A stretch of 44,903 bases of DNA from Candidatus Daviesbacteria bacterium (GTDB lineage: Bacteria > Patescibacteriota > Microgenomatia > Daviesbacterales > UBA10151), in the NCBI GenBank assembly GCA_030648645.1, contig JAUSHL010000023.1, positions 1 through 44,903 of the forward strand. Reading direction: 5' to 3'. Both the position numbers and the translations under genes were made by a program. Each line of letters opens with the position of its first letter. The first letter of the stretch is position 1. Positions 8,838 through 17,919 of the stretch are shown here, in pieces. Below the pieces are notes generated by a model. That model worked only from the letters and a program-made list of their open reading frames with translations. It made no database searches and was not told the DNA's origin.

Positions 8838-9872
8838 ATGGCTGCAGAATATGTAACTGGTTTAGATATTGGTTCTTTTTCCATTAAAGCCGTGGTATTG
8901 TCTCACAAGGGAAAAGTGCCTAAATTATTTTCTTTTGGTTCAATTGTCGCTCCCCAACCGGGAATATTTTCTGATGCAGAGCCGGATTTGGAAATAGCAG
9001 CTAAGGCAATTAAAAATTTATTAATCTCAATAAAAGTACCCAGTGGATCGTCAATTGTAATTGCTTTACCGGAATCAAAAATTTTTACCAGAGTAATTAC
9101 TGATTTACCGTTTTTAACTGATGAAGAATTGGTTTCAGCGATCCATTATAGTGCAGAAGAATTTGTTCCCTTGCCAGTTGATCAGGTAAATTTATATTGG
9201 CAGGTAATTTCGAGGTCTAAACAACATAACAATACTCAAGTGTTTGTGGTAGCTTCTCCAAAAAACACTGTGAACAAATATTTAAAAACTTTAGCATATG
9301 TTGATCTTCACCCTTCAGCTTTAGAAACAGAGTTAATCGCTGATGCCAGAGCATTGGTTGGAAACAATCCTTTTACTCCAACTACTTTAATTATACAGCT
9401 TGGAGCTACTTCTTCTGATTATGCAGTTGTTTCAAAAGGGGTGATTTTACTTACCAGATCAATTGCAACAGGAGGAATGGCTTTGACCCGATCAATTTGC
9501 CAGTATTTAAATTTTGAGCCAACTCAGGCCGAAGAATATAAGAAAGCCTATGGATTATTGGAAGATCAACTTGGGGGAAAAATTTATCAGGCTTTAAAGC
9601 CTTTAGTAGATATTATTATTTCTGAAGCCTCCCGTGTCATTCAATCATTTCAAACTCAGAACCCACAAAATCATATCAAAAGAGTGGTTTTAACCGGTGG
9701 CGGTGCTAAATTACCGGGAGTTGTTGGTTATTTTGCCAATACCTTGGGACTGGAAGTTCAGGAAGCTGATCCTTGGCAATTTATTGAAAAGGATAGCAAT
9801 GTTTCCCCGAAGCTATTGGAAAATGGTATGCATTACACAGTAGCTGTTGGTTTAGCTTTAAGACAAGAATGA
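8838..9872 (+). CDS. pilM: Type IV pilus assembly protein PilM
   Basis: GLDIGSFSIK actin-like ATPase motif, LTGGGAKL, AVGLALR. Confidence 0.95.
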   Translation: MAAEYVTGLDIGSFSIKAVVLSHKGKVPKLFSFGSIVAPQPGIFSDAEPDLEIAAKAIKNLLISIKVPSGSSIVIALPESKIFTRVITDLPFLTDEELVSAIHYSAEEFVPLPVDQVNLYWQVISRSKQHNNTQVFVVASPKNTVNKYLKTLAYVDLHPSALETELIADARALVGNNPFTPTTLIIQLGATSSDYAVVSKGVILLTRSIATGGMALTRSICQYLNFEPTQAEEYKKAYGLLEDQLGGKIYQALKPLVDIIISEASRVIQSFQTQNPQNHIKRVVLTGGGAKLPGVVGYFANTLGLEVQEADPWQFIEKDSNVSPKLLENGMHYTVAVGLALRQE

Positions 9873-9881
9873 TATTTATTT

Positions 9882-10493
9882 ATGTTGAAACCAAAGATTT
9901 TAAATAGTACGAAACAAAAAGAAATTCCTGAGGAATCTAAGCAATCAGATAATCATTTAATGATTAATTTATTGCCTCAGGATATAATTTTGAAAAGAAA
10001 ACAACATTCAAAATTTGCGCTTATCAGTAAAATCAGTATTGCAGTTTTGGTTGTATTGGTTTTTTTAACTTCTACCACTCTTGCTTTAAGATTTTCTCAA
10101 GCATTAAAACTTAAAGAAACAGAACAGGGATTAGTAGTTGCAGAAGGAAAAATAAATTCTATGACAGATAAAGAAGGACAATTAATAGCTTTAAAAAAAC
10201 GCTTAGATTCTATTTCCAGTATTTTGGGTGGAGATAGTAAGAGAAAGTCTATTTTCAATATGGTAGTTTATTTAATTCCACCGGATATTCAGGTACTTGA
10301 ATTAAGTGTAGATAAAAGCGGAAATATGATTATTTCTCTAAACAGTTCTTCATTACTGTCGATTCAAACATTATTCAGTGATTTAGGTGAAAAGGAAAAA
10401 AATTCAGATTTAATTTCTAAAGTGAATCTTGAAGGTTTATCTATGGGTAGAAATGCCGTCTATACTTTTTCATTAAAAATTACGCCTAAATAA
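9882..10493 (+). CDS. pilN: PilN-like protein
   Basis: INLLP motif, single TM, coiled coil, position after pilM. Confidence 0.8.
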   Translation: MLKPKILNSTKQKEIPEESKQSDNHLMINLLPQDIILKRKQHSKFALISKISIAVLVVLVFLTSTTLALRFSQALKLKETEQGLVVAEGKINSMTDKEGQLIALKKRLDSISSILGGDSKRKSIFNMVVYLIPPDIQVLELSVDKSGNMIISLNSSSLLSIQTLFSDLGEKEKNSDLISKVNLEGLSMGRNAVYTFSLKITPK

Positions 10494-10510
10494 AATGCCT
10501 AAATAAAATA

Positions 10511-11221
10511 ATGAATAAATCTGAAATTTTTTTAAAATATAAATTCTTTGTTTGGCCGATAATAGTAGGTATTTCTTCAATTGTTGTATTGGTACTAGTT
10601 ATTATCCCTCAACTGCTAACTTATCTTAATATTAATGAAAAAATTAATCAGGTTCAAAATCGTTCCAATACCTTAGAGACTAAGGCTGTAGCACTTGAAA
10701 ACGTTGATAATTTATTAACTCAAAAAGATTTAAAAGTGGTTTTTTCGGTACTGCCCGTAGATCAGGATGTTCCTCAGGCTATGGTTGTACTGCAGGATAT
10801 GGTTGCCAAAAGCGGATTGGAACTTAAAAGCACTTCTTTTGGCTCTTCTGGCTTGCCTCAAAAAGGTGCGGGCAATAGTAGTTTTAGATTAAATATTGCT
10901 GTTTCCGGTCAGGTAAATGTATTAAGGGATTTTTTAGTACAACTGCAAAATTTACCGAGGCTTTTTCAGGTTGATTCAATCGGTGTTCAATTTCAGAAAG
11001 ATAAAGGGGTAATTGAGGCAGAAATACCTTTGTCTGTTTTTTATAATCCAACACTTGGAGAAATGGGAACTGTAGATGATCCATTACCTCAAATTAATGA
11101 TAAAGATAAAGAACTTTTGGCTAAACTTACTCAAGTAGTAGGTCAGGGAAATAATTCCTGGGCAAGTCAAGAAGCAACTTCTGCCTCTACCCCTCTGGGT
11201 AAATCCGACCCTTTTGAATAA
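10511..11221 (+). CDS. pilO: PilO-like protein
   Basis: TM plus coiled coil, LP...DVP, FL..L..LPRL, C-terminal GKSDPF. Confidence 0.8.
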   Translation: MNKSEIFLKYKFFVWPIIVGISSIVVLVLVIIPQLLTYLNINEKINQVQNRSNTLETKAVALENVDNLLTQKDLKVVFSVLPVDQDVPQAMVVLQDMVAKSGLELKSTSFGSSGLPQKGAGNSSFRLNIAVSGQVNVLRDFLVQLQNLPRLFQVDSIGVQFQKDKGVIEAEIPLSVFYNPTLGEMGTVDDPLPQINDKDKELLAKLTQVVGQGNNSWASQEATSASTPLGKSDPFE

Positions 11222-11236
11222 TCTCCCATAAATCAT

Positions 11237-11266
11237 TTTGTTATTTGTTATTTGTTATTTGTTATT
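11237..11266. repeat. Heptamer tandem repeat (TTTGTTA)4
   Basis: Direct reading. Confidence 0.9.
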
Positions 11267-11289
11267 CAGGATGTCGAAATCTTTTATAC

Positions 11290-11321
11290 ATCACAAAATT
11301 ATGATATATCACAAAATTGTG
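11290..11321. repeat. Doublet of ATCACAAAATT(A/G)TG palindromes downstream of PaaX/Cas2-like gene
   Basis: Units at 11290 and 11308 (18-nt period); matching doublet at 12026-12058. Confidence 0.85.
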
Positions 11322-11347
11322 CGGTGTTCAAAAGTCAAATAATGTAA

Positions 11348-11983
11348 TTAAAGACCAAAATAAGTTTTATAGATTTTTTCATTTTCCAATTTTGCCACTA
11401 CTAAATATAAAACCTCTTCACTCAAGTCATAATATTGTCTTAAAAATTCAATTTGTTTATCGCATGGATAAGGAGCAAGATAAACACTTTTTTGTAGTTT
11501 TAAACACTCAATCTTTTTAAGGAGGCGTCTAAAATTTTCTGCAAAAATTCTCTTTCCTTTGGGAACGTCATAAATTATTAATCTCCATTTTCCATCCCAT
11601 TTTGGGGGATGATCAATCATAATTTCTTCCAGTTTATACCTTAAGAATTTTGTCTGCCCTTTCGAAGAAAGTTTTATAGAGTATTCTCCATTTTCTTCTA
11701 TAATTTCTACAACTTTTTGAGCATATAATCTTTTTAATGTTTGATGTAGTCTCCATTGATTAAATCGATCTAGTTTTTTTTGTTCTTTTTCTCGTTGTTT
11801 CTTTTTGTATAGATCAATGATTGGTTTAGATGCCATTGGTAAAGTAGGTATTATTAAACTTGCAGCAACAAATGTGCCAACTCCTAAAAGTAGAAGCACA
11901 TTTTTTACTGTAGGATTTTCCAAAGCTTCTCTAACCTTTTCAATATTATTTTTTCTATTACCATTTCTAGTAGGTTTTTGCAT
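11348..11983 (-). CDS. PaaX-like wHTH + Cas2-like domain protein
   Basis: wHTH (LKRL..QK.V...KLSSKG) followed by KWDGKWRLIIYDVP...FRR.LK....LQKSVY..PYPC, typical of the PaaX central/Cas2-like fold. Confidence 0.8.
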   Translation of the reverse strand: MQKPTRNGNRKNNIEKVREALENPTVKNVLLLLGVGTFVAASLIIPTLPMASKPIIDLYKKKQREKEQKKLDRFNQWRLHQTLKRLYAQKVVEIIEENGEYSIKLSSKGQTKFLRYKLEEIMIDHPPKWDGKWRLIIYDVPKGKRIFAENFRRLLKKIECLKLQKSVYLAPYPCDKQIEFLRQYYDLSEEVLYLVVAKLENEKIYKTYFGL

Positions 11984-12025
11984 TTTTTTATCTTTATTTT
12001 TTTATATCTACCTTATTTTTAATGT

Positions 12026-12058
12026 ATCACAAAATTGTGACATATCGCAAATCTGTGA
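12026..12058. repeat. Doublet of ATCACAAAATTGTGA-like palindromes upstream of PaaX/Cas2-like gene
   Basis: ATCACAAAATTGTGA (12026) and ATCGCAAATCTGTGA (12044), 18-nt period. Confidence 0.85.
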
Positions 12059-12240
12059 GGTGGTATAAATGATATGAGTATTGTAATCTACTTGTTGTGT
12101 TTGAAACTAGAATAATGCGACTAAAAGAGTAATCTTAATCTATAAACTAATTTAACTCGTCTACCAATGGCGGACTTGTTAAATATTTTGAACCCAAAAT
12201 TTTGATTAAAAATTGCAAATTAGAGTATTTTGGGTATAAA

Positions 12241-12834
12241 TTACTTTTCCAATATTTTATTTATTTCTTCTAATAATTTTTCAAATTTCAGGTATCCAGC
12301 TTTTGCGTTGAAGTGTCCTGCATTTGGTACAAAATTAAGTTTAACTCCAAGATGCTCTGATAATTGCTGTCCGTTTGTCAAACCAACATAAGGATCAGTA
12401 TCAGATTGAAAAACTACAAAATGCTGTGCTTTCTTTTTTATAGATTCCCAATCAAAGGAAAAACCGCTAAAATTGTTGTCCCGGTCATAATTTAAAATAG
12501 GACGAACTCCAATAGGTGTTCCAATAAAGAAAACTGCCTTAACTGGATATTTCAACTGTTCTAATATTCGAAGTGTAAAAATTCCACCTAAACTGTGGCC
12601 TATGAGTATAGTATTTTCGTCTATATGCTGTTCATAATCTTTCAAAACATCAAACCATTCAGCAATCTTTACTGGGACTATTGGTGGCGTTGAAAATTGT
12701 GGAACAAAGACGTTATACCCTGTTTTCTCCAACTTTTGTTTTAACCATGGAAACCAATTTTCTTCTGGATAACCTTCTGTTCCATGGAATATAAACAAAT
12801 TTTTTATTGATGTATTGGAAATTTCAGATTTCAT
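12241..12834 (-). CDS. RBBP9/YdeN-family alpha/beta hydrolase
   Basis: FIFHG....PEENWFPWL, GHSLG nucleophile elbow, SDTDPYV, AGHFN. Confidence 0.9.
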   Translation of the reverse strand: MKSEISNTSIKNLFIFHGTEGYPEENWFPWLKQKLEKTGYNVFVPQFSTPPIVPVKIAEWFDVLKDYEQHIDENTILIGHSLGGIFTLRILEQLKYPVKAVFFIGTPIGVRPILNYDRDNNFSGFSFDWESIKKKAQHFVVFQSDTDPYVGLTNGQQLSEHLGVKLNFVPNAGHFNAKAGYLKFEKLLEEINKILEK

Positions 12835-13523
12835 TTTATCAAATCAGGTCTTTGAGTTTTAGTTTTGTTTAAAGTTTGTTCTTTTTGCCATTTGGCAATT
12901 TCTTGATGATTTCCGGAAAGTAAAATTGATGGAACTTTTTCCCCTTCAAAAGTTTCCGGTCTGGTGTATTGTGGATATTCCAACATTCCTTCTAATTTTT
13001 CCGAAAAACTTTCATTTTGTGAAGCTTCATCTTTTTTTAAAACTCCCGGTATTAATCTGACAGTAGCTTCAATTATTGTCAATGCCGGAATTTCTCCCCC
13101 TGTTAAGACATAATCTCCAATAGAAATTTCTTCATCAACATATTTATCAATAAATCTTTGATCAACTCCTTCATATTTTCCACAAATAATAATTAAATGA
13201 TCCAACTCAGAAAATTCCTGTACCATTTTTTGTTTTAAAATTTTTCCTGATGCGGACATCAAAATAGCTTTTTGCTTTTTGCTTTTTGCTTTTTGCTTGA
13301 CTGATTTTAAGGCTTTAGTTAAAACGTCTGCCCTTAAAATCATTCCTGCTCCTCCACCGTATGGTCTGTCATCAACTGACTGATGAGTGCCTTCGCCAAA
13401 TTTTCTAATATCTACTAAATTATATTCAATTAATTTTTTTTCTCTAGCTCGATCTAAAATGGAAGTATTGAGGAATGATTCAAACAAGTTGGGAAACAAA
13501 GAAATAACTGTAATTTTTTTCAT
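12831..13523 (-). CDS. trmD: tRNA (guanine-37-N1)-methyltransferase
   Basis: VDDRPYGGGAGM, CGKYEGVDQR, SIGDYVLTGGE, LEYPQYTRP. Confidence 0.97.
   Translation of the reverse strand: MKKITVISLFPNLFESFLNTSILDRAREKKLIEYNLVDIRKFGEGTHQSVDDRPYGGGAGMILRADVLTKALKSVKQKAKSKKQKAILMSASGKILKQKMVQEFSELDHLIIICGKYEGVDQRFIDKYVDEEISIGDYVLTGGEIPALTIIEATVRLIPGVLKKDEASQNESFSEKLEGMLEYPQYTRPETFEGEKVPSILLSGNHQEIAKWQKEQTLNKTKTQRPDLIK
13267..13298. repeat. Heptamer repeat (GCTTTTT)4+ in frame within trmD
   Basis: Encodes KQKAKSKKQKA on the - strand. Confidence 0.85.
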
Positions 13524-13536
13524 GAAAAAAATTAAC

Positions 13537-13776
13537 TCAAACTTCCTGAATATTTACATTTACTCTGATACCTTGATTTTCAGCAATTGCGCGGGATACC
13601 AAAAGTCTGCGGATTGCTTTAATGGTTTGACCTGATTTTCCAATGATCATACCAATATCTTCCTTTGCAGATTTGATAGCAAAATTTACCATATTCTCGG
13701 CATTGCTTTCAATAATTTCCACTTCTTCCGGTTTTGATACTAAATTCTTAACAATGTATTCGAGTAATTCTTTCAT
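13537..13776 (-). CDS. khpA: KH-domain RNA-binding protein
   Basis: MKELLEYIVKNLVSKPEEV, DIGMIIGKSGQTIKAIR; lies between rpsP and trmD. Confidence 0.9.
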   Translation of the reverse strand: MKELLEYIVKNLVSKPEEVEIIESNAENMVNFAIKSAKEDIGMIIGKSGQTIKAIRRLLVSRAIAENQGIRVNVNIQEV

Positions 13777-13782
13777 AAGTAG

Positions 13783-14178
13783 TTATTGACTAGTTGGTTC
13801 TTCTGATTTTTCTTCTGCTTTTATTTCTACAACTTCCTCTGGTACTTCTTCTGTCTCCTTTGGTTCTTCTGTTTCTTTTGGTGCATCTTTAATTTTAATT
13901 TCTTTTACCTCTTTCTCTTTTTTAGGCTTTCTTGGTGGTTTTTGGACATTTTGTTTAGTAATTCTTAAATATCCATCAGAAAGTAATGCTCCTTGTTTTA
14001 TCCAATAATCAATTCGGTCCTTTTTTAATATAATTTCTTTTGGTTCTGTTAAAGGGTTATAAGTTCCCAGAAGTTCTAAATATTTACCATTTCTTTTGCT
14101 TCTTTCGGCAACAGCCACAACCCTATAAAAAGGGCGTTTTTTGGCTCCTATTCTCATTAATCTAATTTTGACTGCCAT
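13783..14178 (-). CDS. rpsP: 30S ribosomal protein S16
   Basis: MAVKIRLMRIGAKKRPFYRVV, LGTYNP, acidic tail. Confidence 0.97.
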   Translation of the reverse strand: MAVKIRLMRIGAKKRPFYRVVAVAERSKRNGKYLELLGTYNPLTEPKEIILKKDRIDYWIKQGALLSDGYLRITKQNVQKPPRKPKKEKEVKEIKIKDAPKETEEPKETEEVPEEVVEIKAEEKSEEPTSQ

Positions 14179-14193
14179 GAGGGAAAGTATACC

Positions 14194-14880
14194 TTAAATA
14201 CTTAATTTAAGCAACGCTTCTTTTGCTGATTGTTCTTCTGCCAATTGTTTTGATGAGCCCTGACCCTCCCCAATTTGTTTACCATTTAAAAAAACTCCGA
14301 CTGAAAACTGTTTAGCATGGTCCGGTCCTGTCGTTAACAATATTTTATATTTTGGGGAAGATTGAAATTTACTTTGGACGACTTCCTGAAGTTGGCTTTT
14401 AGGATCACGGGGCGGTCCTTTTTCTATTTCACCGGCAAACATAGGAATAAGTGTGCTGTGTACAAATTTTGTAGCGCCGTCAATTCCCAGATCTAAAAAA
14501 ATAGCTCCTAAAACTGCCTCATAAGTATTGGCCAAAATTTGCTCATTTTCACGACCGGAAGAAACCTCTTCTCCTTTGGATAATCTGAGATATTTTCCAA
14601 GATCAAGGCTTTTGGCAACTTTAGCCAATGAATCAGTTTTAACAATAAAAGCCCGTAAATTTGTTAAATCCCCTTCTGCATCATCAGGTCTAAGTTTAAA
14701 CAAGAAAGAAGATATAACAAAAGAAAGAACGGAGTCCCCTAAAAACTCCATTCTTTCATTGGATTCAGTAATAATTTTAGTTTCATTCAGGTATGACCTG
14801 TGGGTAAATGCGGTTTGGTAATAGTTTTTGTTTTTTATACTTAAATCAAATTTTTTTAAAATTTTTTCAAATTCCTGCAT
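14194..14880 (-). CDS. rnc: Ribonuclease III
   Basis: AFTHRSY, NERMEFLGDSVL, dsRBD (DPKSQLQE, GPDHAKQF). Confidence 0.97.
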   Translation of the reverse strand: MQEFEKILKKFDLSIKNKNYYQTAFTHRSYLNETKIITESNERMEFLGDSVLSFVISSFLFKLRPDDAEGDLTNLRAFIVKTDSLAKVAKSLDLGKYLRLSKGEEVSSGRENEQILANTYEAVLGAIFLDLGIDGATKFVHSTLIPMFAGEIEKGPPRDPKSQLQEVVQSKFQSSPKYKILLTTGPDHAKQFSVGVFLNGKQIGEGQGSSKQLAEEQSAKEALLKLSI

Positions 14881-14919
14881 ACTACTCCTACTCTAAAAGC
14901 TTATTGCGTTAGCATCAAG

Positions 14920-15156
14920 CTATTCCAATAGCTTATCTTCTGTTAAATCCACTAAATCTCCCACAGTTTTAACTTGTGACACTTCTGCCGAGTCAAAAAT
15001 AATACCGAAATTTTGCGATAAATGATCCAGTAAATCGGAAATTTCTGCTAAGTTTAATCCAAGATCATCAATTAAATGAGCATCAGGATCTAAATCTGCT
15101 GCTTGCAGAGATAAATATTCAGCTATTTTTTCAGTAATTTTCTTTTGATCAGACAT
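14920..15156 (-). CDS. Acyl-carrier-protein-fold protein lacking the phosphopantetheinyl Ser
   Basis: IAEYL......DAHLIDDLGLNLAEI...L...FGI......VKTVGDLV; acidic, 78 aa; nusB-ACP-rnc order. Confidence 0.75.
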   Translation of the reverse strand: MSDQKKITEKIAEYLSLQAADLDPDAHLIDDLGLNLAEISDLLDHLSQNFGIIFDSAEVSQVKTVGDLVDLTEDKLLE

Positions 15157-15157
15157 A

Positions 15158-15517
15158 TTATTCTTTATTTTTGTAGACACTTCCTAAAACTCCATTGATA
15201 AAACTTGGGCTGGATTCGTTTCCATACTCCTTGCCTAGTTCTATTGCCTCATCAATAATAGTTTTGTAAGGTGCTTCTTTTACTATTATTAACTCAAAAA
15301 CTGCTAAACGCAAGATAGCTAAATCAAGTTGATTGATTTGGTCAATTGGCCATTCTGGAGCAGATTTTTTAATTTCACTATCAATTAAATCAATTTGATT
15401 GACGATTCTAGTAGTTTCCGGATAATTTAATTTAATTGTTTTCTGAAAATCCCAGGCAAACAGTTCCTTCATAATACGGGCGCGTCTTTTGTGTCTGGGA
15501 TCATTGGCAGTTTTCAT
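15158..15517 (-). CDS. nusB: Transcription antitermination factor NusB
   Basis: ID..IKKSAPEW, DLAILRLAVFEL, IDEAIELGKEYG, FINGVLG. Confidence 0.95.
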   Translation of the reverse strand: MKTANDPRHKRRARIMKELFAWDFQKTIKLNYPETTRIVNQIDLIDSEIKKSAPEWPIDQINQLDLAILRLAVFELIIVKEAPYKTIIDEAIELGKEYGNESSPSFINGVLGSVYKNKE

Positions 15518-15529
15518 AGGATGGAGTCT

Positions 15530-15730
15530 TCAAGCTTTGACAACTTTAACTGCGGTCTTACTTTTTACCTGTTTTCCGGAATAAAAACCACACTCTCTGC
15601 AAACTTGATGTGGAATGGTAGGTTTTTGACAATTTGAACATTTTACCAAGCCGACTTCTTCCAACTTAATGGATGCTCGTCTTGTTCTCTTTCTTCCTTT
15701 ACTATGTTTTTTCTTTGGTTCTTGTGGCAT
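15530..15730 (-). CDS. rpmF: 50S ribosomal protein L32
   Basis: PKKKHSKGRKRTRR, CxxC...PHQVCRECGFY. Confidence 0.95.
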   Translation of the reverse strand: MPQEPKKKHSKGRKRTRRASIKLEEVGLVKCSNCQKPTIPHQVCRECGFYSGKQVKSKTAVKVVKA

Positions 15731-15739
15731 ATATCTTTC

Positions 15740-17881
15740 TTAGTCCGGCATTATTCTTTGCTCCAGATTAGACAATTTTGCACGAAGTACAGGGTATTTG
15801 TCAAGTTCTAAACTTTCCGACAGAATTTTAGATACTGCTGTTTTGGTTTTTTCTATTAAATTTAAATCAGAAAAAGAAGCTATTTTTAATTCCCATCTAC
15901 CACTTTGCAGTGTGCTAAAAATTTCTCCTCCACCCCTAATTTTTAAATCCAGTTCAGCCAGTTTTAAGCCACTGTATATTTTTTCCAGATGTTTGATTCG
16001 GGAAACGATACTTGATTGTTCAGATTCGGTAAATAGGAAAGCATAAGATTGCTTGTCCGATCTGCCGACTCTGCCCCGAAGTTGGTGTAGCTGAGATAAT
16101 CCAAATCTTTCTGCTCCTTCAATTACCATAACAGCGGCATTAGGAATATCCATGCCTACTTCAACCACAGATGTAGAAACTAAAATATCAATTTCATGAT
16201 TTTTAAATTGTAAGATAACTGCATCTTTTTCTTTTGGTTTTAATCTGCCGTGTAAAAGACCAAGTCTTAATTTGGGAAAAATATCTTTTTTTAATCTTTC
16301 AAATTCAACTTTGACCGCCTTTGCAGAAGTCATAGTTTCCGATAGTTCAATTAAAGGAGTGATGATATAAATTTGTTGTCCATCTTTGACAATTTTTTCC
16401 ATAAATTTATAAGCATCAGCTCTCTTTTTTTGGGGTACAAAATGTGTTCGAACAACTTTTCTACCCACCGGCATTTCATCGATTACTGATAAATCTAAAT
16501 CTCCGTATAAAGTTAAGGCCACAGTTCGGGGAATGGGAGTGGCGGTCATGGTTAAAAAATGTGGACTTCTTGCTTTGGCTCGAAGTAAAGATCTTTGACT
16601 TACTCCAAATCTTTGTTGTTCATCAATAATAATTAATCCGACATTTTCCGGTTGTAATTTTTTTGACAAGAGGGCATGAGTTCCCACAATAACATCAGGT
16701 TGAGAGTTGTCATTGCGAGGGACGCACCGGACGGTGCATCCCGTGGCAATCTGTTTTTGAGTAGATTGCTTCCCCGGCTTATGCCGGATCGCAATGACAT
16801 AGTTTTGTTTTGTAAATTTCTTAGAGCCGGTATAAATCCCTACTTCTATCCCATATGGTTCTAAAAATTTTTTTAGGGTTTCAAAGTGTTGGAAAGCAAG
16901 AATTTCTGTAGGAGCCATAATAATTGTTTTTAAATTATTTTGATGAGTGATAAAAGCAGAAATGGCAGCAATAATTGTTTTGCCGGATCCTACATCTCCC
17001 TGTAATAATCTATTCATTGGAGTAGTTTTTTGCAGATCAATTTTTATTTCTTCAACAACTTTTTCCTGAGCCTTGGTTAATTTAAAAGGTAATGAATTTA
17101 TAAATTCAGTTAATTTTTGTTCATCAATTGATAATTTTTCTGTCTTTTCTTTTTTTTGCCACTCCCCTCTTGTTTTTTGAGAAGATAGCTGAATATAAAA
17201 TAATTCATCGAAAGCTAATCTGTCACGGGCTTTTTTGGCTTTATCTAAATCATCCGGAAAATGAATTTGTTTTAAAGCATCTTTCAGTGGTAATAAATCC
17301 TGTGAGATAAAATCCGGCATTGGATCTTCAATTTTTTCTAAAATATTTGGCAGAATTTTAGAAATCTTATATCTTAACCATTTGGAGGATAAACCATAAG
17401 TTTCCGGATAAATTGGTATCAATCCTCCGGTATGGATTCCCAACCCCCGAGGTTTTAGTACTCCAACTCCAACCTCGGGGGTTGACCTTTCCCAAACCGG
17501 TGAGACTAAAGTAGTTTTATTCCCCTTTCTATTAATTTTACCTGAAACCTGTAACCTGTCCCCTGCTTTAATATTTTTAGTAAGCCAAGGCTGGTTAAAC
17601 CAGATTATTTCTAAAGTTCCGGATCCGTCATTAAAAATTGCCTGAGTTAAAACTTTACCGTATCTGGTATAGATGTTTTTGATTGACCAAATTTCCCCTT
17701 TTAAGGTGACTGTCTCCCCTATTTGTGTTTGGGAAATATCCTGATTTTTAGAAAAATCATCATATCGGAAAGGATAATGATTAATTAAATCTTCAACAGT
17801 TTTTAAATTTAAATTTTTCAATCTGGAGGAAAATGCCGGTCCAATTCCAGCAAGAGAAACCAAAGGTGTTTTTAAATCCAT
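15740..17881 (-). CDS. recG: ATP-dependent DNA helicase RecG (two in-frame palindromic insertions)
   Basis: RLLQGDVGSGKT, MAPTEILA.QH, IIDEQQRFGV, MTATPIPRT, QLHQLRGRVGR. Confidence 0.97.
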   Translation of the reverse strand: MDLKTPLVSLAGIGPAFSSRLKNLNLKTVEDLINHYPFRYDDFSKNQDISQTQIGETVTLKGEIWSIKNIYTRYGKVLTQAIFNDGSGTLEIIWFNQPWLTKNIKAGDRLQVSGKINRKGNKTTLVSPVWERSTPEVGVGVLKPRGLGIHTGGLIPIYPETYGLSSKWLRYKISKILPNILEKIEDPMPDFISQDLLPLKDALKQIHFPDDLDKAKKARDRLAFDELFYIQLSSQKTRGEWQKKEKTEKLSIDEQKLTEFINSLPFKLTKAQEKVVEEIKIDLQKTTPMNRLLQGDVGSGKTIIAAISAFITHQNNLKTIIMAPTEILAFQHFETLKKFLEPYGIEVGIYTGSKKFTKQNYVIAIRHKPGKQSTQKQIATGCTVRCVPRNDNSQPDVIVGTHALLSKKLQPENVGLIIIDEQQRFGVSQRSLLRAKARSPHFLTMTATPIPRTVALTLYGDLDLSVIDEMPVGRKVVRTHFVPQKKRADAYKFMEKIVKDGQQIYIITPLIELSETMTSAKAVKVEFERLKKDIFPKLRLGLLHGRLKPKEKDAVILQFKNHEIDILVSTSVVEVGMDIPNAAVMVIEGAERFGLSQLHQLRGRVGRSDKQSYAFLFTESEQSSIVSRIKHLEKIYSGLKLAELDLKIRGGGEIFSTLQSGRWELKIASFSDLNLIEKTKTAVSKILSESLELDKYPVLRAKLSNLEQRIMPD
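16708..16799. mobile_element. 92-bp miniature palindromic element in frame within recG
   Basis: TGTCATTGCGA...TCGCAATGACA termini, internal hairpins, GC-rich against an AT-rich gene; adds about 30 residues (VIAIRHKPGKQ...VPRND). Confidence 0.85.
17441..17484. repeat. Inverted pair of CAACCCCCGAGGTT palindromes in frame within recG
   Basis: CAACCCCCGAGGTT...AACCTCGGGGGTTG; single copy also at 43171-43193. Confidence 0.85.
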
Positions 17882-17919
17882 GAAGCAATTATACAACAGA
17901 GAAGAGTTTTATTAGCGAT

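Noticed and set aside
11290-12058. CRISPR-Cas locus suggested by the Cas2-like domain and nearby repeats
   Set aside because: Only two short doublets with no spacers, and no cas1 or effector genes in the window.
13783-13920. Low-complexity E/K/P-rich tail of S16
   Set aside because: Common acidic extension, not a distinct repeat element.
16708-16799. Intein or self-splicing intron in recG
   Set aside because: Too short, lacks intein or group I/II motifs, and the same element occurs intergenically.
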